Part shown: one piece after another, positions 29,631-41,200 of the stretch | Numbering within the stretch: position 1 is the first letter of the stretch | Layout of the letters: the number at the start of each line of letters is the position of its first letter | From: Actinomycetota bacterium | GTDB taxonomy: Bacteria > Actinomycetota > AC-67 | Length of the DNA stretch: 64,000 nucleotides | NCBI GenBank assembly: GCA_036397635.1 | Contig: DASWIP010000038.1 | Coordinates: 185-64,184 of the forward strand | Direction: 5' to 3' | Notes under the pieces: generated by a model | The model's input: the letters and a program-made list of their open reading frames with translations, nothing else | Told to the model about the DNA's origin: nothing | The model's database searches: none | Translations under genes and position numbers: made by a program

Positions 29631-30878
29631 TCACATCGACAATGACGCGAACAGGTCCAGGTAATCGGAGATGCTGCGTGTGCTGAGGTAGCGTTCGCGC
29701 ACCAGGGCCCGCCCGGCGCGCCCCATCTCGTGCGCGCGCTCAGGATCCTTGAGCAGCTCGACGGTCCGGCGCGCGCACTCCTCGACCGTGCCGACCAGGA
29801 AGCCGTCCTCGCCGTCCTTGATCTGAAGCCTGATCCCGCCGACATCGCCACCGACGACCGGTTTGCGTTTCCACAAGCCCTCCGAAACGACCAGGCCGAA
29901 ACCCTCGCGCAGCGATTTCTGGATGATCACGTCGGCGGACCGCTGGATCGCGTTCACGACCAAGGCCCCGACGTCCTGGAAGTTCGACAGCAGAAGGATG
30001 TCCGGGTCGTTCGCGCGGTGCTCGTCGGTCTTGCGGAAATAGTGCCACCCCTCGGGGTCATCGGTCGCCATCGAGGCGACCATGACGAGCTGGACGCCCG
30101 GGATCTCCTCTTTCACCAATCGGTACGCGTCGATCACGCCGAGAGGATCCTTCCACGGGTCGAAGCGTGACACTTGGACGAGGATCGGCCGGGCCAGATC
30201 GATCCCGTACCGCCGTTCCACCTCGGCCACGATCTCGTCGTCCACCGGGATGTTCTTCAACGACAGCGGGTCGATCGACGGGGGGATCAGCACGATCTGG
30301 GGACCGGCCATGTCCGCGGGCACGAAGTCCCGCATGGTGAAGATCGCGGCGTCGTATGGCTCGAGCATCGGCCGCAGGAAATCCCAGACGGGCGGGTGAG
30401 GTGCGGTTAGATCGATGTGGCATCGCCAGATCCAGCGGCCGGCGGGATGGCCGACGTGCTCGAACAGGATCGGCAGCAACCCGGCCGGTTGCGGATCGTG
30501 CACGACCACGAAGTCATACTTGCCATCGTAGATCTTCGCGTTGTCCTCGTTGACCTCGCGGTAGATCTGTTCCATCCGCTCGGTCCACACCACCTCGGCT
30601 CCCTGGAGGCCGTTGTGGATCGCCTTGGTGACGGTGAAGAACTCCTCGTCGCCGTCGATCACCCGCCACTCGGCGTCGATACCCAGGTCCCTGTACAGCG
30701 GAACCTGGGTATAGAGCAGCTCGGCGACCCCGCCTCCGAATGCCGTCGAGTTGATGTGCAGCAGGCGTGCCCCCCGGAAGGGCTCGGCGCGCCGGCGGAG
30801 GCCTTCGATCACCTCGGCTCCGACGACCGCCGCGTAATCCCCCAGGTGTCTCGGCGGGATCGGGACGTGTTTCAACAT
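29631..30878 (-). CDS. treT: trehalose glycosyltransferring synthase TreT
   Basis: Block-by-block match to archaeal TreT as I recall it: HINSTAFGGGVAE, WRCHIDL, PPSIDPLS, VSRFDPWKDP, DDPEGW, REGFGL and GGIRLQI. Confidence 0.85.
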   Translation of the reverse strand: MLKHVPIPPRHLGDYAAVVGAEVIEGLRRRAEPFRGARLLHINSTAFGGGVAELLYTQVPLYRDLGIDAEWRVIDGDEEFFTVTKAIHNGLQGAEVVWTERMEQIYREVNEDNAKIYDGKYDFVVVHDPQPAGLLPILFEHVGHPAGRWIWRCHIDLTAPHPPVWDFLRPMLEPYDAAIFTMRDFVPADMAGPQIVLIPPSIDPLSLKNIPVDDEIVAEVERRYGIDLARPILVQVSRFDPWKDPLGVIDAYRLVKEEIPGVQLVMVASMATDDPEGWHYFRKTDEHRANDPDILLLSNFQDVGALVVNAIQRSADVIIQKSLREGFGLVVSEGLWKRKPVVGGDVGGIRLQIKDGEDGFLVGTVEECARRTVELLKDPERAHEMGRAGRALVRERYLSTRSISDYLDLFASLSM

Positions 30879-30927
30879 CGGTGGGCGCCGGGAGCGGCTT
30901 CCATGACGTCATGCTACTCCCGGCTCG

Positions 30928-32094
30928 GTGTGCTCCCCGGTCACGAGGAACCCACAGCGGCTCCGTATGATGAGCCTCGTGGCAGTGCAGCCTCTGACGC
31001 TCGGGGACCGCATCCGGCACTCCGGCATCATCGCCTGGTCGCTGATCGGGATCGGGTTGGTTCTGTACGGTTTCTTCCGCTTCTTGCTCGGACCTGTGGC
31101 CGTGGTGTTCGCACCGCTGGCGATCGCGCTCGTCGTGACGTATCTGCTGAATCCGATCGTCGGGATACTGGTGCGGCGGGGGATGCGCCGCGGCTGGGCG
31201 GTGCTGTTGATCTACCTTGTGTTCCTGATGGTGGTGGGGGTCATCCTCGGCCTGCTGATCCCCGTGATCGCGCATCAGGTGTCGGGGTTCATCGATGCCG
31301 TCCCCGGCTACGTGCAAGACATCGTGGACGCGATCAACCGCTTCGCGGCGCGACGCAACCTCGACTTCCGTCTCGACATCTCCTCCGAGCAGATCAGCGA
31401 CGTGATCACCGATAACCGAGAGACGATCATCTCGTTCCTCGGCGGCGTCGGGTCGGTCGCGGGTCAGATCCTCCACATCCTGATCTCGATCGTCATCGGG
31501 ATCATCCTGTCGGTCTACCTGCTGCTCGATCTGCCGAAGATCCAGCACTCCGTGATGGCCGTCGTCCCCGACGAGCGGCGCGCGGAGGTTCGCGACCTCG
31601 CTGAGCGGGTCGGGTCGGCGCTCGGAGGATTCTTCCGAGGGCAATTGTTCGTGGCCTTGTTCGTCGGCGTCGCGAGCGCTATCGGCTTGACCCTGATCAA
31701 GCTCCCCTTCGCCGTGCTGATCGGGTTGATCGCCGGCATCTTCAACCTCGTGCCCCTGATCGGGCCGTTCCTCGCCGCCGTGCCCGCGGTCCTGGTCGCC
31801 CTGCTGTCGGATCATCCCAGCCGGGCGATCTGGGCGCTTGTGGTTCTCCTGGTGGTCCAGCAGATCGACAACCACATCATCAGCCCCAACGTGATGGGAC
31901 GCACCGTACGACTCCATCCCGTCACCGTCATGCTCGCGCTGCTGGTGGGCGCGACCATCGCGGGCATCCTCGGGATGCTCGTGGTCATCCCCGGCGTTGC
32001 GGCAGCGAAGATCGTGATCACGTTCCTGTGGGATCGGCGTCACCATTTCGTGGCGGTCGAACCGGCAGCGGAGGACGAGACCGCGCCCGGGTAG
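30928..32094 (+). CDS. AI-2E family transporter (PerM/UPF0118)
   Basis: Multi-TM protein with the IPLIGPFLAAVPAV-type block. The start may be ATG 30967. Confidence 0.8.
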   Translation: MCSPVTRNPQRLRMMSLVAVQPLTLGDRIRHSGIIAWSLIGIGLVLYGFFRFLLGPVAVVFAPLAIALVVTYLLNPIVGILVRRGMRRGWAVLLIYLVFLMVVGVILGLLIPVIAHQVSGFIDAVPGYVQDIVDAINRFAARRNLDFRLDISSEQISDVITDNRETIISFLGGVGSVAGQILHILISIVIGIILSVYLLLDLPKIQHSVMAVVPDERRAEVRDLAERVGSALGGFFRGQLFVALFVGVASAIGLTLIKLPFAVLIGLIAGIFNLVPLIGPFLAAVPAVLVALLSDHPSRAIWALVVLLVVQQIDNHIISPNVMGRTVRLHPVTVMLALLVGATIAGILGMLVVIPGVAAAKIVITFLWDRRHHFVAVEPAAEDETAPG

Positions 32095-32143
32095 GCCCCT
32101 TTTCGAGGACGCGGTGGCGGAAGGCGCGCTGTAGCTGATCGGA

Positions 32144-33001
32144 TCAGGCGCGCGCGGCCGCCTCGCGGACGGTGTCGGCCCAGCCGAGGTTCTGCGGCCG
32201 TTCGGTCACCAGCACGTTATCCATCGCCTCGATGCGCGCGGCCAGCGCGGGATCGTCTTCGAGCGCGTCTCCGACGAGCACCATCGTGCCGACGTATGCG
32301 GCGAGCTCGAGATCGGCGACCGCATCGCCGATCGCGATGCATCCGTCGGCAGCGAACCCGCGGCGCGCCCGATCCAGGCCGACCGCATGGCCCTTCGTGA
32401 CCCCGCGCGGCTGCAGGTGGTAGACGCGCGCGCGGCCGGGCTCGAGACGCAGGTATGCGCCGCGCAGTCGCCCGTTGTCGTGCAGCTCCAGCCAGTCGTG
32501 CCCCTGCGACCACAGCAGCTCGTTGGCCTCGTCGACGTCGAGCAGTCCACGGAACAGCTGGGTGCACTGCCGCCACGTGTGCCAGGGCGCGTGATACTCG
32601 ATCGACCCCTCGTACCGTTCGAGCAGCATCGCGATCGCCCCCGTGCGCTCCATCTGCTCGACCGGCATCCCACCCTCGGGCGTGGGGCCGAAGTTCTGTA
32701 CCACGGTCCGGCCGTTCTCGTAGGCGATCAGCGCGCCCATCTCGGCGATCACCGTGGACAGCCCGAGGATGCGCGCGTCGGTCACCAGGCCCTGGAGCGC
32801 GCGCCCGGATGCCGGGACCAGGTCGATGCCCGCCCGCATGGCCGCCAGCAGCGCCTCGACCGGCTCGGTCGTCGAGTCCCCGGACGGCGTATGCACGAAC
32901 GAACCGTTCCGGCCGAGCATCGTGCCGTCGAGATCGGTGTAGATGACCCTGGCGCCTGCGAGGCGGTCGAGGTGCTGGGAGAGGTGTTTCACGTCGGCCA
33001 T
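32144..33001 (-). CDS. HAD-IIB (Cof-like) sugar-phosphate phosphatase
   Basis: VIYTDLDGTML (DxDGT), PASGR and GDAVADLE motifs. Substrate unknown. Confidence 0.65.
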   Translation of the reverse strand: MADVKHLSQHLDRLAGARVIYTDLDGTMLGRNGSFVHTPSGDSTTEPVEALLAAMRAGIDLVPASGRALQGLVTDARILGLSTVIAEMGALIAYENGRTVVQNFGPTPEGGMPVEQMERTGAIAMLLERYEGSIEYHAPWHTWRQCTQLFRGLLDVDEANELLWSQGHDWLELHDNGRLRGAYLRLEPGRARVYHLQPRGVTKGHAVGLDRARRGFAADGCIAIGDAVADLELAAYVGTMVLVGDALEDDPALAARIEAMDNVLVTERPQNLGWADTVREAAARA

Positions 33002-33072
33002 CGGGGCTGATGGTACCCGTGCCTGGAACCCCGTAACGGTCCTCGTTCATTTGTCCTATCCTTAGGGGTCAC

Positions 33073-34299
33073 ATGGGCGCGATCGTCGGTCTCCGATGCC
33101 GTGAATGCGACCGGGAGTACCCGGTCGAGCCGGTGCACGTCTGCGAATGGTGCTTCGCGCCGCTCGAGGTCGTCTTCGACTACGACGAGATCGCGAACAC
33201 GATGACGCGCGAGCGCGTCGCCGCCGGCCCGGCGTCGCTGTGGCGCTACACCGACCTGCTGCCGGGTGGCGAGAAGCGCGTCGACCTCGGCGCCGGCATG
33301 ACGCCACTCGTGCCCGCGCCGCGGCTGGGGGCCGCGCTGGGACTGCACGACCTGTGGCTGAAGAACGACACGGCCAACCCGACGCACTCTTTCAAGGATC
33401 GGGTCGTGTCGGTTGCGCTGACCATGGCGCGCGAGTTCGGTTTCACGACCGTCGCCTGCGCCTCCACCGGAAACCTGGCGAACGCGGTCAGCGCGCACGC
33501 CGCTGCCGCCGGCCTGGATGCTTACGTGTTCATCCCGGCCGACCTCGAGCAAGGCAAGGTGGTCGCCTCGGCGATCTACGGACCGAAGTTGATCTCGGTC
33601 GAGGGCACGTACGACGACGTCAACCGCCTGTGCGCCGAGATCGCGGGAACTTACGAATGGGCCTTCGTCAACGTCAACATCCGGCCCTACTACGCCGAGG
33701 GCTCCAAGACCCTGGCGTTCGAGATCGCCGAGCAGCTGGGCTGGCGCGCCCCCGATCATGTGATCGTGCCGATCGCGAGTGGATCACTGCTGACCAAGAT
33801 CCGCCGGGGACTGGACGAGCTGGTGCGCGTCGGGCTGCTCGACGGGCATCAGACCAGGATCAGCGGTGCGCAGGCCACCGGCTGCTCGCCGGTCGCGGCC
33901 GCGTTCAAAGCCGGCGAGGAGCACGTTCGACCGGTCAAGCCGAACACGATCGCGAAGTCTCTGGCCATCGGGAACCCGGCCGACGGCTACTATGCGATCA
34001 AGACCGTGATCGAGACCGGCGGGGCGATCGAGGACGTCGGCGACGATGAGATCGTCGAGGGGATCTCGTTGCTGGCCCGGACCGAGGGTATCTTCACCGA
34101 GACGGCCGGCGGGGTCACTATCGCCACCTTGCGCAAGCTGGCGGCCGCCGGGGTCGTTCGCCCTGAGGAGCGCACGATCGCCCTGATCACAGGCGACGGC
34201 CTGAAGACGATCGAGGCCGTCACGTCGATCGCCGTCCCGTCGATGACGATCGCACCGCGTTTGGAGGAGTTCGCTTCGTACATGGAGGATCGCCCGTGA
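33073..34299 (+). CDS. threonine-synthase-family PLP enzyme with N-terminal zinc ribbon
   Basis: CRECDREY..CEWC ribbon, PLP-lysine motif NPTHSFKDR and ACASTGN. 408 aa. The stop overlaps the next gene (GTGA). Confidence 0.8.
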   Translation: MGAIVGLRCRECDREYPVEPVHVCEWCFAPLEVVFDYDEIANTMTRERVAAGPASLWRYTDLLPGGEKRVDLGAGMTPLVPAPRLGAALGLHDLWLKNDTANPTHSFKDRVVSVALTMAREFGFTTVACASTGNLANAVSAHAAAAGLDAYVFIPADLEQGKVVASAIYGPKLISVEGTYDDVNRLCAEIAGTYEWAFVNVNIRPYYAEGSKTLAFEIAEQLGWRAPDHVIVPIASGSLLTKIRRGLDELVRVGLLDGHQTRISGAQATGCSPVAAAFKAGEEHVRPVKPNTIAKSLAIGNPADGYYAIKTVIETGGAIEDVGDDEIVEGISLLARTEGIFTETAGGVTIATLRKLAAAGVVRPEERTIALITGDGLKTIEAVTSIAVPSMTIAPRLEEFASYMEDRP

Positions 34300-34577
34300 G
34301 CACGACCGTCCGCATCCCGACCCCTCTGCGAAACATGACCGCCGGCGCGTCCGAGGTGACGATCCCCGGCGGAACGGTCCGCGATCTGATCGATGGGCTC
34401 GAGCATCGGTACCCGGGGATGCGCGCGCGCCTGTGCGAAGACTCCGGCCAGGTTCGGCGCTTCGTCAACGTCTTCGTCGGGGACGAGGACATCCGATTCC
34501 TCCAGGGGCTCGACACACCGGTCCCCGACGGGACGCAGGTTTCGATCATCCCCGCCGTCGCCGGAGGCGGCCTCTAA
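34296..34577 (+). CDS. MoaD/ThiS-family sulfur-carrier protein (CysO-like)
   Basis: TVRIPTPLR..FVNVFVGDEDIRF..SIIPAVAGGGL follows the pattern of M. tuberculosis CysO (..ILPAVAGG) but carries two extra residues, GL. Confidence 0.8.
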   Translation: MSTTVRIPTPLRNMTAGASEVTIPGGTVRDLIDGLEHRYPGMRARLCEDSGQVRRFVNVFVGDEDIRFLQGLDTPVPDGTQVSIIPAVAGGGL

Positions 34578-34648
34578 GCTGCATCGTTGCCGGCCCCCCA
34601 GGGCTCGGCTACCATTTCCGCAGGTAGATACGCATTTTCCTGACGCCC

Positions 34649-35116
34649 ATGCTGCGATTCTCTCTCCGTACCGAGTACGGCCTCCGGGCCTTGATGGAAC
34701 TCGCCGCCCGCGCGGACGAGGCGCCCGTGCCTGCCCGGGTGATCGCCGAGAGCCAGGGCATCCCCATGCGGTTCCTCGAGCATCAACTGGCCGCCCTGCA
34801 CAAAGCCGGGCTGGTCTCGTCGCAACGCGGCGCCGCCGGAGGGTACGTGCTCGCGCGCGAGCCAGAGGAGATCCGCATTGTCGATGTGATCGAGGTGCTC
34901 GAGGGTCCGCTCGCACCGATGTTCTGCCTCGAGCCGCACGAGGAGTCGTGCGAGCAGTCGCATCAATGTGGCTTGCAGGATCTGTGGGTGCGCGTCGAGG
35001 AGGCGGTCCGTTCGGTCTTCGAGCGAACCTCCGTCGCCGACCTGGTGACACGTCATCGAGAGCTGCAGCCGTTGCTGTGGCCGGTCACGATGACGCCGGA
35101 GATGCGACGCACCTAA
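34649..35116 (+). CDS. Rrf2-family transcriptional regulator (Fe-S type)
   Basis: Rrf2 helix-turn-helix MLRFSLRTEYGLRALMELA...GGYVLAR. Three-Cys cluster CLEPHEESCEQSHQC. Confidence 0.8.
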   Translation: MLRFSLRTEYGLRALMELAARADEAPVPARVIAESQGIPMRFLEHQLAALHKAGLVSSQRGAAGGYVLAREPEEIRIVDVIEVLEGPLAPMFCLEPHEESCEQSHQCGLQDLWVRVEEAVRSVFERTSVADLVTRHRELQPLLWPVTMTPEMRRT

Positions 35117-35171
35117 GCACGGTCGCACGCCGTATCGTTCAGTGCCGTCGCGCTCGTATGTGCGCGAAGCA

Positions 35172-35199
35172 TTGACATCGCGCGAAACGCATCTACACT
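35172..35199 (+). promoter_or_regulatory. near-consensus sigma-70 promoter of the basic repeat protein
   Basis: TTGACA, then 16 nt, then TACACT. GGGAGGTGG lies just upstream of the GTG at 35255. Confidence 0.4.
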
Positions 35200-35254
35200 C
35201 GCCTCGGTGTGACGCTTCAGTCGTTGGAGCGTTCCGTACGGGAGGTGGTGCCTA

Positions 35255-35542
35255 GTGCCCCCGAAGAGGAAAGCGGCGAAGAAGACCGCGCGCAAGACCA
35301 CGCGCCGGCCTGCCGCGAAGAAGGCAAAGGCTCGCAAGCCTGCAGCCAAGAAGGCGAAGGCTCGTAAGCCGACGGCACGTAAGAAGGCGGCGGCCCGTAA
35401 GCCCGCAGCCAAGAAGGCGGCCCGGAAGCCGGCCCGTCGCAAGAAGGCGACGGCGGCAGCCCGCAAGCCCGCCGCGAAGCGCAAGACGGCTGCTCGCAAG
35501 ACAACTGCGCGGAAAGCAACGCGTCGCAAGGCCAAGAAGTAG
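35255..35542 (+). CDS. Lys/Ala/Arg/Pro-rich histone H1-like (HupB-tail-like) basic protein
   Basis: 95 aa made of PAAKKA/ARKP-type repeats: KKAKARKPAAKKAKARKPTARKKAAARKPAAKKAARKPARRKKA. Has a strong ribosome-binding site. Mirror ORFs on the minus strand are low-complexity artefacts. Confidence 0.6.
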   Translation: MPPKRKAAKKTARKTTRRPAAKKAKARKPAAKKAKARKPTARKKAAARKPAAKKAARKPARRKKATAAARKPAAKRKTAARKTTARKATRRKAKK

Positions 35543-35619
35543 CCGCCGCAAGCATCTTCCGTTGCACGCGAAGAGGCCCGTTTCTCTGGGCCTCTTCGGC
35601 GTGTACGGCCTGTGTCTGG

Positions 35620-36324
35620 TTGGATGGAGCGATGCCCGACTCGCTGCGCACCCTCCACGACAACGTCGTCACCTGCCGCGCGTGCCCTCGACTCGTTGCC
35701 TGGCGCGAGGGGGCCGCGGCCGATCCGCCAAAGCGCTTCCGAGGGCAGGAGTACTGGGCCCGTCCCCTTGCCGGGTTCGGCGATCCGCGCGCGCGGTTGC
35801 TCGTCGTGGGACTCGCGCCGGCTGCGCACGGCGGGAACCGGACCGGCCGCATCTTTACGGGCGACCGCTCGGGGGACTGGCTGTTCGCCGCGCTGCACCG
35901 GGCCGGATTGGCGAACCAGGCCGCGTCGATCTCGCGTGGCGATGGGCTGCGCCTGGCCGACTGCTGGGTCTGCGCGGCAGTTCGATGCGCGCCGCCGACG
36001 AACAAGCCGACCGTCGAGGAGCGCGATACCTGTCTCCCCTATCTCGTGCGCGAGCTGGCGCTGCTGCGCCGTGCGCGCGCGATCCTGGCGTTGGGCTCGT
36101 TCGCCTGGGACGGCGTGCTGCGCGCGGCCGCGGGGCGCGGGGTCGAGGTGAGGCCCAAGCCTCGGTTCGGCCACGGGGCGGTCGCCGATCTCGGCGGCCG
36201 TTGGTCGCTGGTGGGCTCGTACCACCCCAGCCAGCAGAACACTTTCACGGGGCGGCTCACCGAGGCCATGCTCGACGAGGCGATCGGCGAGGCGACGCGT
36301 CTGGGGAAGGCCGGCGGGCGGTGA
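35620..36324 (+). CDS. uracil-DNA glycosylase, family 5 (UdgB-like), Fe-S
   Basis: CRACPRL, motif A GLAPAAHGGNRTGRIFTGD and motif B SYHPSQQN. Confidence 0.8.
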   Translation: MDGAMPDSLRTLHDNVVTCRACPRLVAWREGAAADPPKRFRGQEYWARPLAGFGDPRARLLVVGLAPAAHGGNRTGRIFTGDRSGDWLFAALHRAGLANQAASISRGDGLRLADCWVCAAVRCAPPTNKPTVEERDTCLPYLVRELALLRRARAILALGSFAWDGVLRAAAGRGVEVRPKPRFGHGAVADLGGRWSLVGSYHPSQQNTFTGRLTEAMLDEAIGEATRLGKAGGR

Positions 36325-36373
36325 GCGCGACGGGGACTTGCCACGGGCCCGGTCCCCGCCGTATATATTGCTC

Positions 36374-36400
36374 TTAGCACTCTCGACCAGAGAGTGCTAG
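36374..36400 (+). promoter_or_regulatory. CIRCE (HrcA operator)
   Basis: TTAGCACTC-N9-GAGTGCTAG against the consensus TTAGCACTC-N9-GAGTGCTAA. Confidence 0.8.
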
Positions 36401-38134
<1,734 letters not shown>

Positions 38135-38145
38135 GCACCACGCGA

Positions 38146-38180
38146 GACCGAGGGGCGGCCCGAAGGGCGGCCCCTCGGTC
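38146..38180 (+). terminator. hairpin terminator after groEL
   Basis: GACCGAGGGGC...GCCCCTCGGTC (11-bp stem) 12 nt after the stop. The T-tract is weak. Confidence 0.55.
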
Positions 38181-38184
38181 GTTG

Positions 38185-38216
38185 AACGAGGGGGTCGATG
38201 CGGACCCCCTCGTTCG
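38185..38216 (-). terminator. hairpin after the Ig-repeat gene
   Basis: GAACGAGGGGGTC-gatgcg-GACCCCCTCGTTC (13-bp stem) in the convergent gap. Confidence 0.5.
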
Positions 38217-38232
38217 CTGACGCTGCTCGGAT

Positions 38233-41200
38233 CTAGATCGCGAGCACCAGATAGCTGCCGCTCACGGTTGCCGACCGGTTGTTGTGGATGTCCACCGCCG
38301 AGACGCGGACCGTGTGCGGTCCGGGCACCAGACCCTCCGCGGTCGCCGACCACGTGACCGAGGTGCCGTTCGCCGGGTCGACCGGGACAATCATGCTCTC
38401 GACCCGGGTGCCCGCGGCGTTGAAGTACTCGACCAGGACGTGGGAGACGCCCTTGTCGTCGGTCGCGGTGCCGGTGATCGTGAACTCCTCACCCGGGAGG
38501 AACACCGTGTTGTTGGCGGTGGTGATCTCGACGGTCGGCTTGGTCGCGTCCACCTCGAAGGTGACCGGGTCCGACGGGTCGCTCACGTTGCCGACCGCGT
38601 CGCGGGCCGTCGCCGTCAGCGTGTAGGTGCCGGTCGAGAACGACGCGTTCAGCGACCAGGTTCCCGACGGGCTCGCCGGTGCGCTGCCGATCACGGTGGC
38701 GCCCACGCGGACCGTCACGGTGCTGTTGGCCTCGGCCGTCCCCTGGATCGTCACGGCGGCACCCTGCGTCGAGCCGTCGGCCGGCGAGGTGATGACCGGC
38801 TTCGCCGGAGGCGTGGTGTCGGGCGTCACCGTGAACGAGCGCGGGGCGGACGACGGGCTGACGTTCCCCGCCGCATCGCTCGCGGTTGCGGTCACGGTGT
38901 GCGCGCCCGGCGAGAACGGCGCGTTGACCGTCCAGTTCCCGGCGCCGGTGACGGTGGCGACCCCCACCTGCGTCGCGCCCTCGAAGACGCGCACTGTGGT
39001 GCCGGCCTCTGCCGTGCCCTGGATGGCGACCACCGTGCTGGTGACGACGGCGCCCTCGGCCGGCGTGTTGATGACCGGCGCGACCGGCGCAGTGGCGTCG
39101 ACGGTGAAGCTGCGTGGCGCCGACGCGGGGCTGCTGTTACCGACCTCGTCCACGGCGGTCGCGGTGATCGTGTGCGAGCCATCCGCGAACGTGCCCGACA
39201 CCGACCAGTTGCCGGTGATGTCGGCGACGTCCGTGCCCACGGTGGCGGCGCCCTCGTTGACGGTCACGGTCGAGCCGGGCTCGGCCGTACCGCTGACCGG
39301 GACGTTACCGCTGGTGAACGCTGCGCCCTCCGCGGGGGCCACGATCACCGGCGCGGCCGGTGCGGTCGTGTCCACCGTGAAGTTCCGGTCCGCCGATGCG
39401 GGGCTGGCGTTGCCGGCGGCGTCGTGCGCGGTCGCGTTGACGGCGTGGGGGCCGTCGGTGAACGAGTGCGTGACCGACCAGTTGCCTGAGCCGTCCGCGG
39501 TCGCCGTCGCGATCAATGCTGCCGCCTCATGGATCTCGACGCTGGTGCCCGCCTCGGCGGTCCCCGAGAGGTTGACCGCGGCGTTGCTGAGCGCGGCGCC
39601 CTCTGCGGGCGTGACGATCACCGGCGTCGCCGGGGCCGTCGCGTCGCTCGTCCACACCTGGCTGGCTGGGGTGGGGTCGACGTTGCTCGCGGCGTCGCGC
39701 GCGCGCACCTCAAAGGTGTGCGAGCCGTCGGGCAGACCCGTGTACGTGTGTGGCGACGAGCAGGCGGTGAAGCTGCCGGCGTCGAGCGAGCAGTCGAACA
39801 CGGCTCCCGCCTCGTTCGAGGTGAACTCGAACGTCGCGTCGGCGGAGGCCACCAGCCCGCTCGGGCCGGAGGTGATCGTGGTGTCCGGAGCGGTCGTGTC
39901 CACCGTCCACGTCCGGCTCGCCGGCGACGTGTCGGCGTTGCCGGCTGCGTCCACGGCGTACACCTCGAACGTGTGGGAGCCGTCGCTGAGCCCGGTGACG
40001 GTGTGCGGCGACGAGCAGCTCACCTCGGAGCCCCCGTCGACGCTGCAGATGAACGAGCCGGCTTCGGTCGAAGTGAACTCGAACGTCGCCGAGCCGGAGT
40101 TCACCACGCCGGTCGGACCACTGGTGATGGTGGTGTCCGGGGCGACCGTGTCGACGCTGAACTCACGGTTCGGCGTGCTGAACGGTCCCACGTTGCCGGC
40201 GGCGTCGATCGCCCGAGCGCGCAGCTGGTGGACCCCGTCGGGGAAGGTGTGGGTCATCGACCAGTTCCCGTCCCCATCGGCGACCGGCATGCCGATCGCG
40301 CCGTTGGGAGGCCAACGCACGTCGAGGGTCGCATCCGCCTCAGCCGTGCCCTCGATCGTCACGTTGGACGTGTTCAGGGCTTGGTCTTCCGTCGGCGAAT
40401 CGATGAACGGTGCCAGCGGCGCGACGGTGTCGACAGTGAAAGCGACGATGTTCGACCGTCCGCCTTCGTTGTTACCGGCGTCGGTGGCGGTGGCCTCGAC
40501 GCTGTGCTCGCCCTGAGCGAGGCCGGTCAGCGTCACGGTCCAATCCCCGGCGCCGTCGGCGGTCGTGGTGCCGAGCACGTTGTTGGTCTGCGCTTCGTAG
40601 AGCGTGATGTCCGTACCCGGCTCGGCGGTACCCGATACCGGAACCGTGGTCGAGGCGATGATCGCGCCGTCCAGCGGCGCCGTGATCACCGGCGCGTCGG
40701 GCACGCTCGTGTCCACGTTGAACGTGAAGGACACGGGCGCCGTCGTCGTGGGCGTACCGGTGTCGGTCCCGGTGGTCTCCGCCGTGTACGGGCTGCCGGA
40801 CTCGGGCAACGTGCCCTCGGTCGGCGTGAAGGTTACGGTGTTCCCGCTTTCGGAGACCGTCCCGGCGATGAGGGTGCTGGCGTTGTTGCGCACCTGCATC
40901 GTCCCGACCGACACTGGCTCGGAGTAGGTGGCCGTCACCGTGGCGACCACGTTCTGAGTCTCGCCGTCCGCCGGGTCGGTGCTGACGAGTGCCGGCGCGG
41001 CGGCGTCGACGATGAACGTGCGGTCCGCCGACTCGTCCCCGGTGTTCCCGGCGACGTCGGTGGCGACCGCGTGGATCGTGTGCGGTCCTTCGGACATCGT
41101 GACGGCGGGCAGCGCCCACGCGCCGCCGGTCGCGGCGGCGGTCCCGATGAGCGTGGTGCCCTCGTACACCTCGACGGTGCTGTCTGCCTCCGCGGTGCCG

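Noticed and set aside
33002-33072. SAM or other riboswitch ahead of the thrC-like / sulfur-carrier pair.
   Set aside because: The divergent spacer is only 71 nt, too short for the known SAM riboswitch classes plus two promoters. No conserved riboswitch core was recognised.
35113-36225. 370-aa and 262-aa minus-strand ORFs covering the H1-like gene and udgB.
   Set aside because: They are low-complexity mirrors (AAFLR/LRAA repeats) of the K/A-rich sense gene and antisense to a clear family-5 UDG. There is no ribosome-binding site or motif.
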